Made by a program: the position numbers and the translations under genes
Shown: positions 10,095-18,350 of the stretch, in pieces
Layout: each line of letters begins with the position of its first letter
Numbering within the stretch: position 1 is the first letter of the stretch
Notes under the pieces: model-generated
Seen by the model: the letters and a program-made list of their open reading frames with translations, nothing else
Database searches by the model: none
Told to the model about the DNA's origin: nothing
Source of the DNA: a bacterium
Lineage (GTDB): Bacteria; Hinthialibacterota; Hinthialibacteria; Hinthialibacterales; Hinthialibacteraceae
NCBI GenBank assembly: GCA_963662285.2
Contig: CAXXMV010000003.1
Location: 224,001-288,000 of the forward strand
Reading direction: 5' to 3'
Length of the DNA: 64,000 nt

Positions 10095-11471
10095 CTAAGA
10101 AAACCGCAAAGCGTCAACCGGAACCAACCGTGAAGCGCGTATAGCCGGATAGATGGAAGCCAGAAAACTGATCACCATAGTATATACGCTAACCCACAGG
10201 AAATCGGTGAATATCATCCGGCAGGGCAGGTATTTCATATAATACACCTGCCCATCGCCCGGCAATGTGATGGGGACAGTCTGAATAAAGGTGCACACGC
10301 CCAACCCCCCGGTTATGCCCAGGGTCACTCCCAACGCGCCGACAATCAAACCGAAGAATATAAAGATCAGCATAATATTTTTACGTCCGGCGCCGATAGC
10401 GCGCAACAGACCGATATCGCGCGTCTTGTCAGTCACCACCATGAAGATAGTGGCGATGATGTTAAAAGTAGCCACCAGGATTATGATTTTCAGAATGCAG
10501 TCCATCACCATCTTTTCATAGGCTAAAGCCCTGAAGAAGACTTGGTGTTTACTCATCCATGTATTGCCCCGTGGACGACTATCCAGCATCTCCTGGCTGC
10601 GGTTGTAAATATTTATGAAAGATTGCTCTGTTGCATCTTGTGAATGATCATGCAATTTGAATTGTAAAGCGGGGACGCGGCCTTGGGGAATCTCCAGCAT
10701 GGTCTGCGCCGATAGCAGCGACATATATACCAGAGCCGAATCATACTCATAGTTACCCGTTTTGAATACGCCTTCAACTGCGAATGTTCGTTCCGAAGGT
10801 TCAGCTTCAGCAAAAGAGACCACGTCATGAGGTATGGTCATTATGGTCAAGCGCTGGCCGATCACGTATTTGAATGTTTCTTCATCAGCTGAACCTTCCG
10901 TCTCCCTGATACCGAAAAAGAGTGAAGCCATCTCTTTGCCAATGATAATACCCGGCAGTTTCTTCTCGCCGGAGCGTTGCGCAACCAGCTGATCCAGTTT
11001 CATCATCTCAGAAGATTCAGGCGGTCTCTTCTCCTCTTTTAATCCATCTAAACTACCAGCCACCAGGAATTCTTTGATCCCCGTGACTTTGGATTCACGC
11101 TCCGGATCGATTCCTACAAAAGAGACGATATTGACGTTTTCGCTGGGGAAATCAGTGCGTTGAATCAATCCCCATTTCGAGACCATCGGTGAGCAGGCGT
11201 CTACATTGGGCAGTTTTTCCAGTTCCGTCATTATAGATTCAGGATCGCTCAAACCACCATCGTCGGGGTATTCCATGATAATATGGGAACTGACCTGGAT
11301 CATGGATGAACGCAAAAAATGCCCAAACCCATTCATCACCGAAAGCACTGTGATAAGAGAAGCCACCCCTAAAGCAACTCCGGTCATACTGATCATTGTT
11401 AGCAGAAAGATGAAAGTAGCTCCACCTTTGGGTTTAAGATATTTTTGTGCAATAAACCATTCGTAGCGCAT
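10095..11471 (-). CDS. lolE: Lipoprotein-releasing ABC transporter permease LolC/E
   Basis: MRYEWFIAQKYL, GVALGVASLITVLSVMNGF, VTDKTRDIGLLRAIGA, YPAIRASRLVPVDALR. Confidence 0.88.
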   Translation of the reverse strand: MRYEWFIAQKYLKPKGGATFIFLLTMISMTGVALGVASLITVLSVMNGFGHFLRSSMIQVSSHIIMEYPDDGGLSDPESIMTELEKLPNVDACSPMVSKWGLIQRTDFPSENVNIVSFVGIDPERESKVTGIKEFLVAGSLDGLKEEKRPPESSEMMKLDQLVAQRSGEKKLPGIIIGKEMASLFFGIRETEGSADEETFKYVIGQRLTIMTIPHDVVSFAEAEPSERTFAVEGVFKTGNYEYDSALVYMSLLSAQTMLEIPQGRVPALQFKLHDHSQDATEQSFINIYNRSQEMLDSRPRGNTWMSKHQVFFRALAYEKMVMDCILKIIILVATFNIIATIFMVVTDKTRDIGLLRAIGAGRKNIMLIFIFFGLIVGALGVTLGITGGLGVCTFIQTVPITLPGDGQVYYMKYLPCRMIFTDFLWVSVYTMVISFLASIYPAIRASRLVPVDALRFS

Positions 11472-11510
11472 GAATTAACCTTGTCTAATTATTTATTTGG
11501 ACAGTTTTTA

Positions 11511-11600
11511 TCCCTCCCCCAAGCCTGGGGGAGGTTAGGAGGGGGTTGATTCGTCAAAGCGCAACCCCCCTCTAACTCCCCCCAATCTTGGGGGGAGAAT
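11511..11600 (+). repeat. Family E double-hairpin repeat
   Basis: CCTCCCCCAAGCCTGGGGGAGGTTAGGAGGGGGTTG...CAACCCCCCTCTAACTCCCCCCAATCTTGGGGGGAGAAT; inverted copy at 61641-61722, partial copy at 41161. Confidence 0.9.
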
Positions 11601-11668
11601 CTTTACCTGGTCGTTCTGTATTTCACATCTTTTGTTTATGATAGAGTAGTTTAAATACCAATTTCTCC

Positions 11669-13285
11669 ATGAATTATTATGATAGCATGACCCATGAAGG
11701 GACAAGAGATGCCGTGAATCGTTCCAACAGAATATTATTATCAATCCTGCTGATAGGTTTCCTGATCCGCGCCGTCGGTTTGAACATAGTCCCGCCCGCC
11801 TTGAATTCCGATGAGTTGCTAAAAGCCTTCGATGGCGCCTCGGTTTACCGCACCGGTATGGATCATCACGGCGACTCATGGCCTCTTTTCTTTAAACAAT
11901 CGGGAGAATACAGCCCCCCGCTATATATTTATTTCGCAGGCTTATTCTCAACCCTATTCGGAGTCAATGAATATACCGTCCGCCTACCCTCCGCTATACT
12001 GGGAGCAGCGTCCATCCTGGTGGTTTTTCTGTTTATCCGGCAATATTGGGGAGAAAAAACCGCTCTCATAGCAGCAGCCCTGGTTGCATTCTCACCGTGG
12101 CATGTCCATTACAGCCGTATCGGCTGGGAAGCCATCTCCCTGGTTCCCTTGCAATTATTAGCCCTATGGCAATTCCATTGCTGGAGCGCATCCAACCGCT
12201 GGCGCCATATCCTTCTGTCTGTCAGTTGCTTTGGCTTGACGATGTACGCCTATCCCGTGGCGCGGTTATCGTCAGTGATATTAATGACCGGGCTGGCCGC
12301 GATCCATTGGAGGGCGCTTATAAAGAATCCTAAGCAGGTGGCCGTGTCATTTGCGCTATTCATCCTATGGCTCTGCCCCTATTTATACGCCTTAAGTCAA
12401 AACCAAACAGCCATGCAGGCCCGTTGGAACTTCGTCTCAGTATTCAATCGTGATGATGGATTGCTGATTTTTATTAAACAATACTTCATGCACATGTCGC
12501 CCGATTTCTTATTCATACACGGCAATCCTAATTCGCTCCATTCCCTGGCTGGAGGTCTGGCGTTGTGCGTTTTACTGCCATTTTTTATCGCCGGAATAGT
12601 CAGAATTATCCGGCATAGATCAAAGCAGGAACTGATACTGCTGCTCTGGTTTATAACTTTCGCCATCCCGTCAAGTTTGACCTATGACAAGTTCGATCCT
12701 CATAGTATGCCTAACGCATTGCGCACCGTGAACGGAATGCCAATCCTGGAAATAATCAGCGCCATAGGGATAGTCTGGTTGATTGGTCTGATTAAAAAGC
12801 CCCGCTGGTCTAGCTGCGCCGCGATAGTGATTACAACCCTCATCGGTCTAAACATATTATACGTAGGATATGATGCAGCGTTTTATTATCCAAAACGTTC
12901 TGCCGAAATTTGGCAATACGGTCTACGTGAAGCAGTGCAGTATCTTGAAGCCAACAAGGCGCAGTATGACCGGGTGGTGATATCGCATAAGGCGCGTTTG
13001 CATCCTGTGGCATTGGCGGTTTTCGCGGGTAAGACTCCAGCTCCGTTTTCGGGAGAAGATTTTCCCAAGTATATAATACCATTCTATCACTATGTACCAA
13101 TTTACCGCGATTTTCGCATGAAACAATATCAGCAATACGGTTTGATATCACGCTGGTACACTATGGCAAAAGGCAAGAATCTATTGCTGGCTCAGGCTGG
13201 AGAGATCGATGACGAAAAGATGCTCTGGAGCATAAATAATCCCGATGGTACTCCAGCCTATGAGATATACGGAACCGACAGGTGA
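11669..13285 (+). CDS. ArnT/PMT-like GT-C membrane glycosyltransferase (GT83/GT39-type)
   Basis: LNSDE, YSPPLYIY, VRLPSA, FSPWHVHYSR; polytopic membrane protein. Confidence 0.85.
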   Translation: MNYYDSMTHEGTRDAVNRSNRILLSILLIGFLIRAVGLNIVPPALNSDELLKAFDGASVYRTGMDHHGDSWPLFFKQSGEYSPPLYIYFAGLFSTLFGVNEYTVRLPSAILGAASILVVFLFIRQYWGEKTALIAAALVAFSPWHVHYSRIGWEAISLVPLQLLALWQFHCWSASNRWRHILLSVSCFGLTMYAYPVARLSSVILMTGLAAIHWRALIKNPKQVAVSFALFILWLCPYLYALSQNQTAMQARWNFVSVFNRDDGLLIFIKQYFMHMSPDFLFIHGNPNSLHSLAGGLALCVLLPFFIAGIVRIIRHRSKQELILLLWFITFAIPSSLTYDKFDPHSMPNALRTVNGMPILEIISAIGIVWLIGLIKKPRWSSCAAIVITTLIGLNILYVGYDAAFYYPKRSAEIWQYGLREAVQYLEANKAQYDRVVISHKARLHPVALAVFAGKTPAPFSGEDFPKYIIPFYHYVPIYRDFRMKQYQQYGLISRWYTMAKGKNLLLAQAGEIDDEKMLWSINNPDGTPAYEIYGTDR

Positions 13286-13288
13286 AAA

Positions 13289-14209
13289 TCAGAGAAACTT
13301 GATTGACTCGAACATGAAGGATTGAAGAATGGATGCTTTCAAAATGTTTAATAAATAAGTCAATCCGGGATTAATGCACAGAAACGCGAATATAGGCGAA
13401 AGATCAATGAAATCAATTCTGGCCCAGGGCATCAGTCGTTGGAAGAAGCCCAGGTATGGATCAGACATAGAGCGGACAATCTGCACAAGTACGCTATATT
13501 GATCAGCGCCGATCCATGATGACAGTATGGCTAGCAGTAAAATCAACCAATAAAAATTGATCAATGCCAGCGCCATATCGATCATGCAGATTGCGAAGGC
13601 ATTCATAAATGCATCCGGCCCTTGAAACACGGTCATACTCAAAACCGTAGCCAGAAATGCGCCGCAAGGCAGGATAACCGCGGAACTGACCAGAAACAAC
13701 TTGGTTAAATCATTGGTTTTGATGAATTTCTGAGCATATTTGAATATGGCGAAAGTGCGTTCCTGAAAACACATAAATCCCGCATTGCTGCCCAGCGTGA
13801 TGCCGCGTCGCGATACCATCAAACTGGCGAACAGAAACCCAATCAATAACTGAGATACCAGCATGACTCCCATGCTGAAACTGACCGCAATAGCATAAAT
13901 CAATGATATCCGCCCCGCTGCGCTATGCACCAGAACCATGCCATTCATAGTGGCGGCGCCCAGCACCCAGATAACCAGCCCCCGAATCAGCAGCGTTATG
14001 CCAATAGCCGCGAAAGGCATGTTTTCATCAAGGTGACGCGCTCCACGGGGCATTATCTGTTTGAGCGGTTTAATTATCTTTTCGGTAATAGTTACGATGG
14101 CAACCATAATCGGCCCGAAACCATAAAAGCGGTATTTTTCGATAAAATAGCGCACAAATAAGATGACGATAATAACAGTAAAAAAGAAATTTAATATTGA
14201 AAAAAGCAT
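13289..14209 (-). CDS. Extended YggT-family membrane protein
   Basis: C-terminal YggT motif (ILSSWI...SDPYL..FQRLMP..IDLSPIFA) and a YggT-like N-terminus (ITEKIIKPLKQIMP). Confidence 0.75.
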   Translation of the reverse strand: MLFSILNFFFTVIIVILFVRYFIEKYRFYGFGPIMVAIVTITEKIIKPLKQIMPRGARHLDENMPFAAIGITLLIRGLVIWVLGAATMNGMVLVHSAAGRISLIYAIAVSFSMGVMLVSQLLIGFLFASLMVSRRGITLGSNAGFMCFQERTFAIFKYAQKFIKTNDLTKLFLVSSAVILPCGAFLATVLSMTVFQGPDAFMNAFAICMIDMALALINFYWLILLLAILSSWIGADQYSVLVQIVRSMSDPYLGFFQRLMPWARIDFIDLSPIFAFLCINPGLTYLLNILKASILQSFMFESIKFL

Positions 14210-14427
14210 AGTTAACCTATAGATTTTATATAGTAAAATTCACTCTATCGAAGTATCCTTCAAAAAGCGGTTTCACGCAATACAGACTAAAAATCAAAAA
14301 TTGCATTTATGTAATAGAATCGTATATTTTACTCAAGGGTTTGTAAGTACTAAATGCCCATATATACTCAAAATGCTTGTTAAGTATGACAACCCCGAAT
14401 TCCCATGTCATTAAGTTAACCTTGTCG

Positions 14428-14462
14428 TCCCCTCTCCTGGCGGGAGAAGGCTAGGGTGAGGG
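14428..14462 (+). repeat. Family D palindromic repeat
   Basis: TCCCCTCTCCTGGCGGGAGAAGGCTAGGGTGAGGG. Confidence 0.85.
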
Positions 14463-14478
14463 ATTTATTAGACATACT

Positions 14479-14512
14479 GGGTGCCAAGGGCAGTGTATTT
14501 TCTGCCCTTGAT
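14479..14512 (+). repeat. Family C palindromic repeat (short-loop variant)
   Basis: GGGTGCCAAGGGCAGTGTATTTTCTGCCCTTGAT. Confidence 0.85.
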
Positions 14513-14536
14513 GCGATCACCTGTGTATCTCAGCGC

Positions 14537-14772
14537 GTAGGGTGGGTCACGCCTTATCGACCCACCGGGAATAATTTCTTAATTTGGTAACGCGTAGGAT
14601 GGGCTAAAAGCCGCGAAGCGGCGTAGCCCACCGGGAATAATTTCTTAATTTAGTAACGCGTAGGATGGGCTAAAAGCCGCGAAGCGGCGTAGTCCACCGG
14701 GAATAATTTTTTGATTTGGTAACGCGTAGGATGGGCTAAAAGCCGCGAAGCGGCGTAGCCCACCAAGAATAA
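14537..14772 (+). repeat. BIME-like tandem array of four family A REPs; 66-bp period (14594, 14660, 14726)
   Basis: GTAGGATGGGCTAAAAGCCGCGAAGCGGCGTAGCCCACC x3 plus a variant at 14537, joined by a near-constant 27-nt linker GGGAATAATTTCTTAATTTGGTAACGC. Confidence 0.93.
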
Positions 14773-14853
14773 CTTAATGGCATTGGTTAGAAGGGTTTGC
14801 GCTTAGACATAAGTTATTACATGAATCGCTCCAACACAGGAATAATAAATAAT

Positions 14854-15975
14854 ATGACCCGCAATCCAAGAATCGGCATAGAGAGTTCAATATTAACGCG
14901 CTCACGGGCAGGCATCGGATTTTACACCGACAACCTGGTCAGATGTCTGGCGGATCTACCTGGTGATGAAGAATATACCCTGCTATACAACCGCCCGCTT
15001 CCAAAAATGGATTTACCAGCGCGGATGCGTCACTCAATGCAAGGCCCGCGCAGCACCCACTTGTGGGCCCAAACTCGTTTGTCATCTATATGCAGAGGGC
15101 AGGGCATCGACCTGCTGCATAGCCCCGGCCAGGGAATCCCATTGTTGTATGATGGACCGTCGGTTTTAACCATCCACGACCTTTCTCCATTAATTTTCCC
15201 TCAGCAGAAAGATTTTACCTCACGTTTAATCTGGAACAGTTTGGTTCCAATCATGGCGCGCCGGGCGGATCATATAATAACAGTTTCCGATAATACCAAG
15301 CGCGATGTAATCGACCTGCTGGGCATAGCTGAACACAAAATAACCCGAATCTATGAAGCTGCATCAGATATTTTTTATCCCGAACCGGATGAAGCAAGCA
15401 AAGCCCGTTTTCGCAAGGACAAGCATCTGGAGCCGGGATATATCCTTGCCGTAGGAACCTTGGAGCCGCGTAAAAAATACCCCTTCCTCTTCAAACTATT
15501 CGCCAAGTGGTTGAAACACTCAAAACCCGACGCCACCCTGGTGGTAGTAGGTAAAGACGGTTGGTTATACGATGAAATATACGAAACCTTCGAATCGCTC
15601 AATATAAAGCGCAACGTCCGCTTTGAAGGATATGTAGCCGATCTGGATTTAATGAGGATGTACTATTCAGCGGCTCAGTTTTCTATTCTCACGCCGCAAT
15701 ATGAAGGTTTCTGGCTGCCCGGTTTGGAGTCAATGGCCTGTGGAACCCCGGTTATAGCGCCAAACCATTCATCCATAACCGAGGTGGCCGGTAAAGCGGG
15801 ATGCCTGATCGACAGCTGGGACTATGATGAATGGATAGAAGCCATGGATCGCCTATGGATGACGGATGAACGAGAAGAGTGGTCAAAAAAAGGCATAAAA
15901 CGAGCCAAAGATTTCTCGTGGCAAAAAGCAGCCAAAGAAACCCTGGAAGTATACAGATCAGTTCTATCCATGTAG
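14854..15975 (+). CDS. Glycosyltransferase family 4 (GT-B, WbaZ/MtfA-like)
   Basis: RAGIGFY, LTIHDLSP, VGTLEPRK, YEGFWLPGLESMACGTPV, FSWQKAAKETLEVY. Confidence 0.9.
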   Translation: MTRNPRIGIESSILTRSRAGIGFYTDNLVRCLADLPGDEEYTLLYNRPLPKMDLPARMRHSMQGPRSTHLWAQTRLSSICRGQGIDLLHSPGQGIPLLYDGPSVLTIHDLSPLIFPQQKDFTSRLIWNSLVPIMARRADHIITVSDNTKRDVIDLLGIAEHKITRIYEAASDIFYPEPDEASKARFRKDKHLEPGYILAVGTLEPRKKYPFLFKLFAKWLKHSKPDATLVVVGKDGWLYDEIYETFESLNIKRNVRFEGYVADLDLMRMYYSAAQFSILTPQYEGFWLPGLESMACGTPVIAPNHSSITEVAGKAGCLIDSWDYDEWIEAMDRLWMTDEREEWSKKGIKRAKDFSWQKAAKETLEVYRSVLSM

Positions 15976-16062
15976 GGTGCGCCCCTCGTGGGCGCCCGGA
16001 GGTACAAGCACAACAGATTAAAAAAATCAGGGTGCCAAGGGCAGTGTCTTGTCTGCCCTTGA
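15972..16062 (+). repeat. Family B REP (15972-15997) followed by family C repeat (16030-16062)
   Basis: GTAGGGTGCGCCCCTCGTGGGCGCCC then GGGTGCCAAGGGCAGTGTCTTGTCTGCCCTTGA. Confidence 0.88.
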
Positions 16063-16115
16063 AAGAATTCCCCTAATTGTATTTCTAACCCAACAAAAAC
16101 TTATTGAGGAAAAAA

Positions 16116-17201
16116 ATGCGAGTTGTTTTTATAGAACCATCCGGCGCTGGAGGCATCGCTCATTGCACCTATGCCCTAGCCAAAGCGCTTGGCGCTCAAA
16201 AGGTTCAATGCGACATCATAACCGGAGTCAGGTGGGATGAACGTGACTTGCCTGATAACGTCCACGTCCATCGTGTTTTCCGTGGAAAACGCACCAATCC
16301 ACTTCGCCTATGGTCGATCTGCCGCCGTTTAAGAAAAGAGGCCGATATAGTTCATTGGCAATGCGCTACCTATCCCCGGCTTATGCTAAATCTTATGCGC
16401 TTGATTCCTCTGAAGAAGATTCCCTGGATATACACCGTACATAACGTCCTGCCCCATGAGGCCGATGATTCATCTGTGGCGCTATACCGAAAAATTTATC
16501 ATCGCATGCAGGGCATGATTTTTCATACCAATCATTCACGGACGACATTTAACAAACTTTTCCCCGAAACCAAGGCGGCCAGTCAGATTATTCCATTAGG
16601 TGAATATGGTTTCTTGTTAAATGAATCCAATACAGAAAACAAACCGGATCATCCAGTGATTCTCTTCTTCGGCAATATCCGGCCCTACAAGGGGTTGGAT
16701 ATATTACTGCGCTCTTTCGTCAATATCCATCAGCGCATCCCAAACACACGCCTCAAAATTGTAGGACAGGCGATTTCCTCTTTCGAGCCATATCAAAAGA
16801 TAATTGATGAATCAGGCATCGCCGCGTCAGTTGATATTCATCTAGGCTACATACCGGACGATGAATTATCCGAGGCGTTAAATCAATCAACTATTGCCGT
16901 GTTGCCATATCGCGACATAGATCAAAGCGCCGTGCTGATGTTGATGATGGCGGCGGGCAAGGCTATCGTGGCTTCCAAAGTCGGCGGCATTGATGAAGTG
17001 ATATCCCATAATCAGACCGGACTGCTGGTAACTCCAGGAGATATTAATGAATTGTCGAATGCGGTAATTACCCTGCTGAGCGATCCATCTAAAGTTCAAG
17101 AATTAGAGCAAAACGTTAAGTTAGATGCGCAGACGCGGTTTTCGTGGAAGACTATTGCAGCCCAAACGCTTGCTTTCTATAAAGACGCATCCAAGCCCTG
17201 A
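16116..17201 (+). CDS. Glycosyltransferase family 4
   Basis: GGIAH, YTVHNVLPHE, FFGNIRPYKGLD, VLPY...QSAV, SKVGGI. Confidence 0.9.
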   Translation: MRVVFIEPSGAGGIAHCTYALAKALGAQKVQCDIITGVRWDERDLPDNVHVHRVFRGKRTNPLRLWSICRRLRKEADIVHWQCATYPRLMLNLMRLIPLKKIPWIYTVHNVLPHEADDSSVALYRKIYHRMQGMIFHTNHSRTTFNKLFPETKAASQIIPLGEYGFLLNESNTENKPDHPVILFFGNIRPYKGLDILLRSFVNIHQRIPNTRLKIVGQAISSFEPYQKIIDESGIAASVDIHLGYIPDDELSEALNQSTIAVLPYRDIDQSAVLMLMMAAGKAIVASKVGGIDEVISHNQTGLLVTPGDINELSNAVITLLSDPSKVQELEQNVKLDAQTRFSWKTIAAQTLAFYKDASKP

Positions 17202-17202
17202 A

Positions 17203-18204
17203 TTACCAGTTATTGTCTTGTACATAACCAAGTTTGATCAATAAATCACCCGCTTGCTGCTTGAAAAGTTCTTTATCTTCAGCAGGCATATCTGTTTCCC
17301 ATCGTCCCCTAGCGCTGCTATGTATGGGCTTAGTCACATCCGGCGATGAGGCGTTGTATTCCAAACTGTGTGATTGATTCTTATTTTCATAATACTTAAG
17401 CGCATTTTCATCCCAAGGCTCATCTACGAAATCGAGAACAGTTCTCAAAGTATCTTCAGCAGAATGAATCAAATCTTCGTAACGGATTTCCAGGTAGTTG
17501 CCTGAATCTCTCCATTCCAGTCCGGCTTTGGTATCATTGAGCCAGCGTTGAATGCATTTGTTGGAATCAATGCACAGTTTATTGTGAATTAGTCTTCCAT
17601 TTTCCCATACATATTTGGGATGCGTTTTGAGTGAACAAAAGACGTCCCGTCCATCGCGGATCATATGAATCAATTTTGCTTTAGGAAAATAATTGGTGAT
17701 TTGTTCAAGATTGATAACATTTTTAGGAGTCTTTTCAGCCCACCGTTTTTTGCCCATTTTTGCGGAGTAACTTCTGAAAAAATTCTCTACTAAATGAGCG
17801 TAACAGAGAGAATTTTGATAAATCCTCCAAAATTCTTCTGCAGAAAAAGAAAAAGTTTTACATAATTGATACGTTTCAATTTGGTTGTTTCTGAAATTAC
17901 TAGTATCTGGATGAATAAATCTTCTTTTGTTGAACAGCAGTAATTCCGACTCCGGACCACAGGCAATGTTCTTGTGTGAATCCAGCATGACTCTCAACAA
18001 GGTGGTTCCACTGCGGCCGCATCCAAAAATAATGATAGGTGAATCTATTGATATGTATTCTTTGGTGAACCACTGATTATAATTGTTAAAAACAGTAGTA
18101 ATAACTTCGCATGCTTCTTCGGGCGATTTACCAAATCCCTTACAATTATCAGTAATCGCTGCAAAGCCTTTTGTAACTTTCTCAATTCGAATATTTGAGT
18201 TCAT
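17203..18204 (-). CDS. PAPS-dependent sulfotransferase (Sulfotransfer_3 / TPST-like)
   Basis: FGCGRSGTTLLR 5'-PSB loop, WAEKTP, IRDGRDV, IRYEDL. Confidence 0.9.
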   Translation of the reverse strand: MNSNIRIEKVTKGFAAITDNCKGFGKSPEEACEVITTVFNNYNQWFTKEYISIDSPIIIFGCGRSGTTLLRVMLDSHKNIACGPESELLLFNKRRFIHPDTSNFRNNQIETYQLCKTFSFSAEEFWRIYQNSLCYAHLVENFFRSYSAKMGKKRWAEKTPKNVINLEQITNYFPKAKLIHMIRDGRDVFCSLKTHPKYVWENGRLIHNKLCIDSNKCIQRWLNDTKAGLEWRDSGNYLEIRYEDLIHSAEDTLRTVLDFVDEPWDENALKYYENKNQSHSLEYNASSPDVTKPIHSSARGRWETDMPAEDKELFKQQAGDLLIKLGYVQDNNW

Positions 18205-18350
18205 GTGAATTTACCTTTTTAATCAATGCGCTACGATGCATTTAAGAATTTTGCAATTCACTCTAATTAATTTTCGTCAATCGAAATAGCCTGATTATGT
18301 TTTGTTTAATATTTAAACCGTAAACTGATGAAGCGAATAATAACGTTATT

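Noticed and set aside
11535-11879. Short ORFs crossing repeats (also 33196-33564, 25754-26005, 47376-47729)
   Set aside because: They are translations of REP hairpins or antisense shadows of real genes.
14537-14772. CRISPR array
   Set aside because: The spacers are near-identical, the repeat is a dispersed GTAG REP also found elsewhere in the window, and no cas genes are present.
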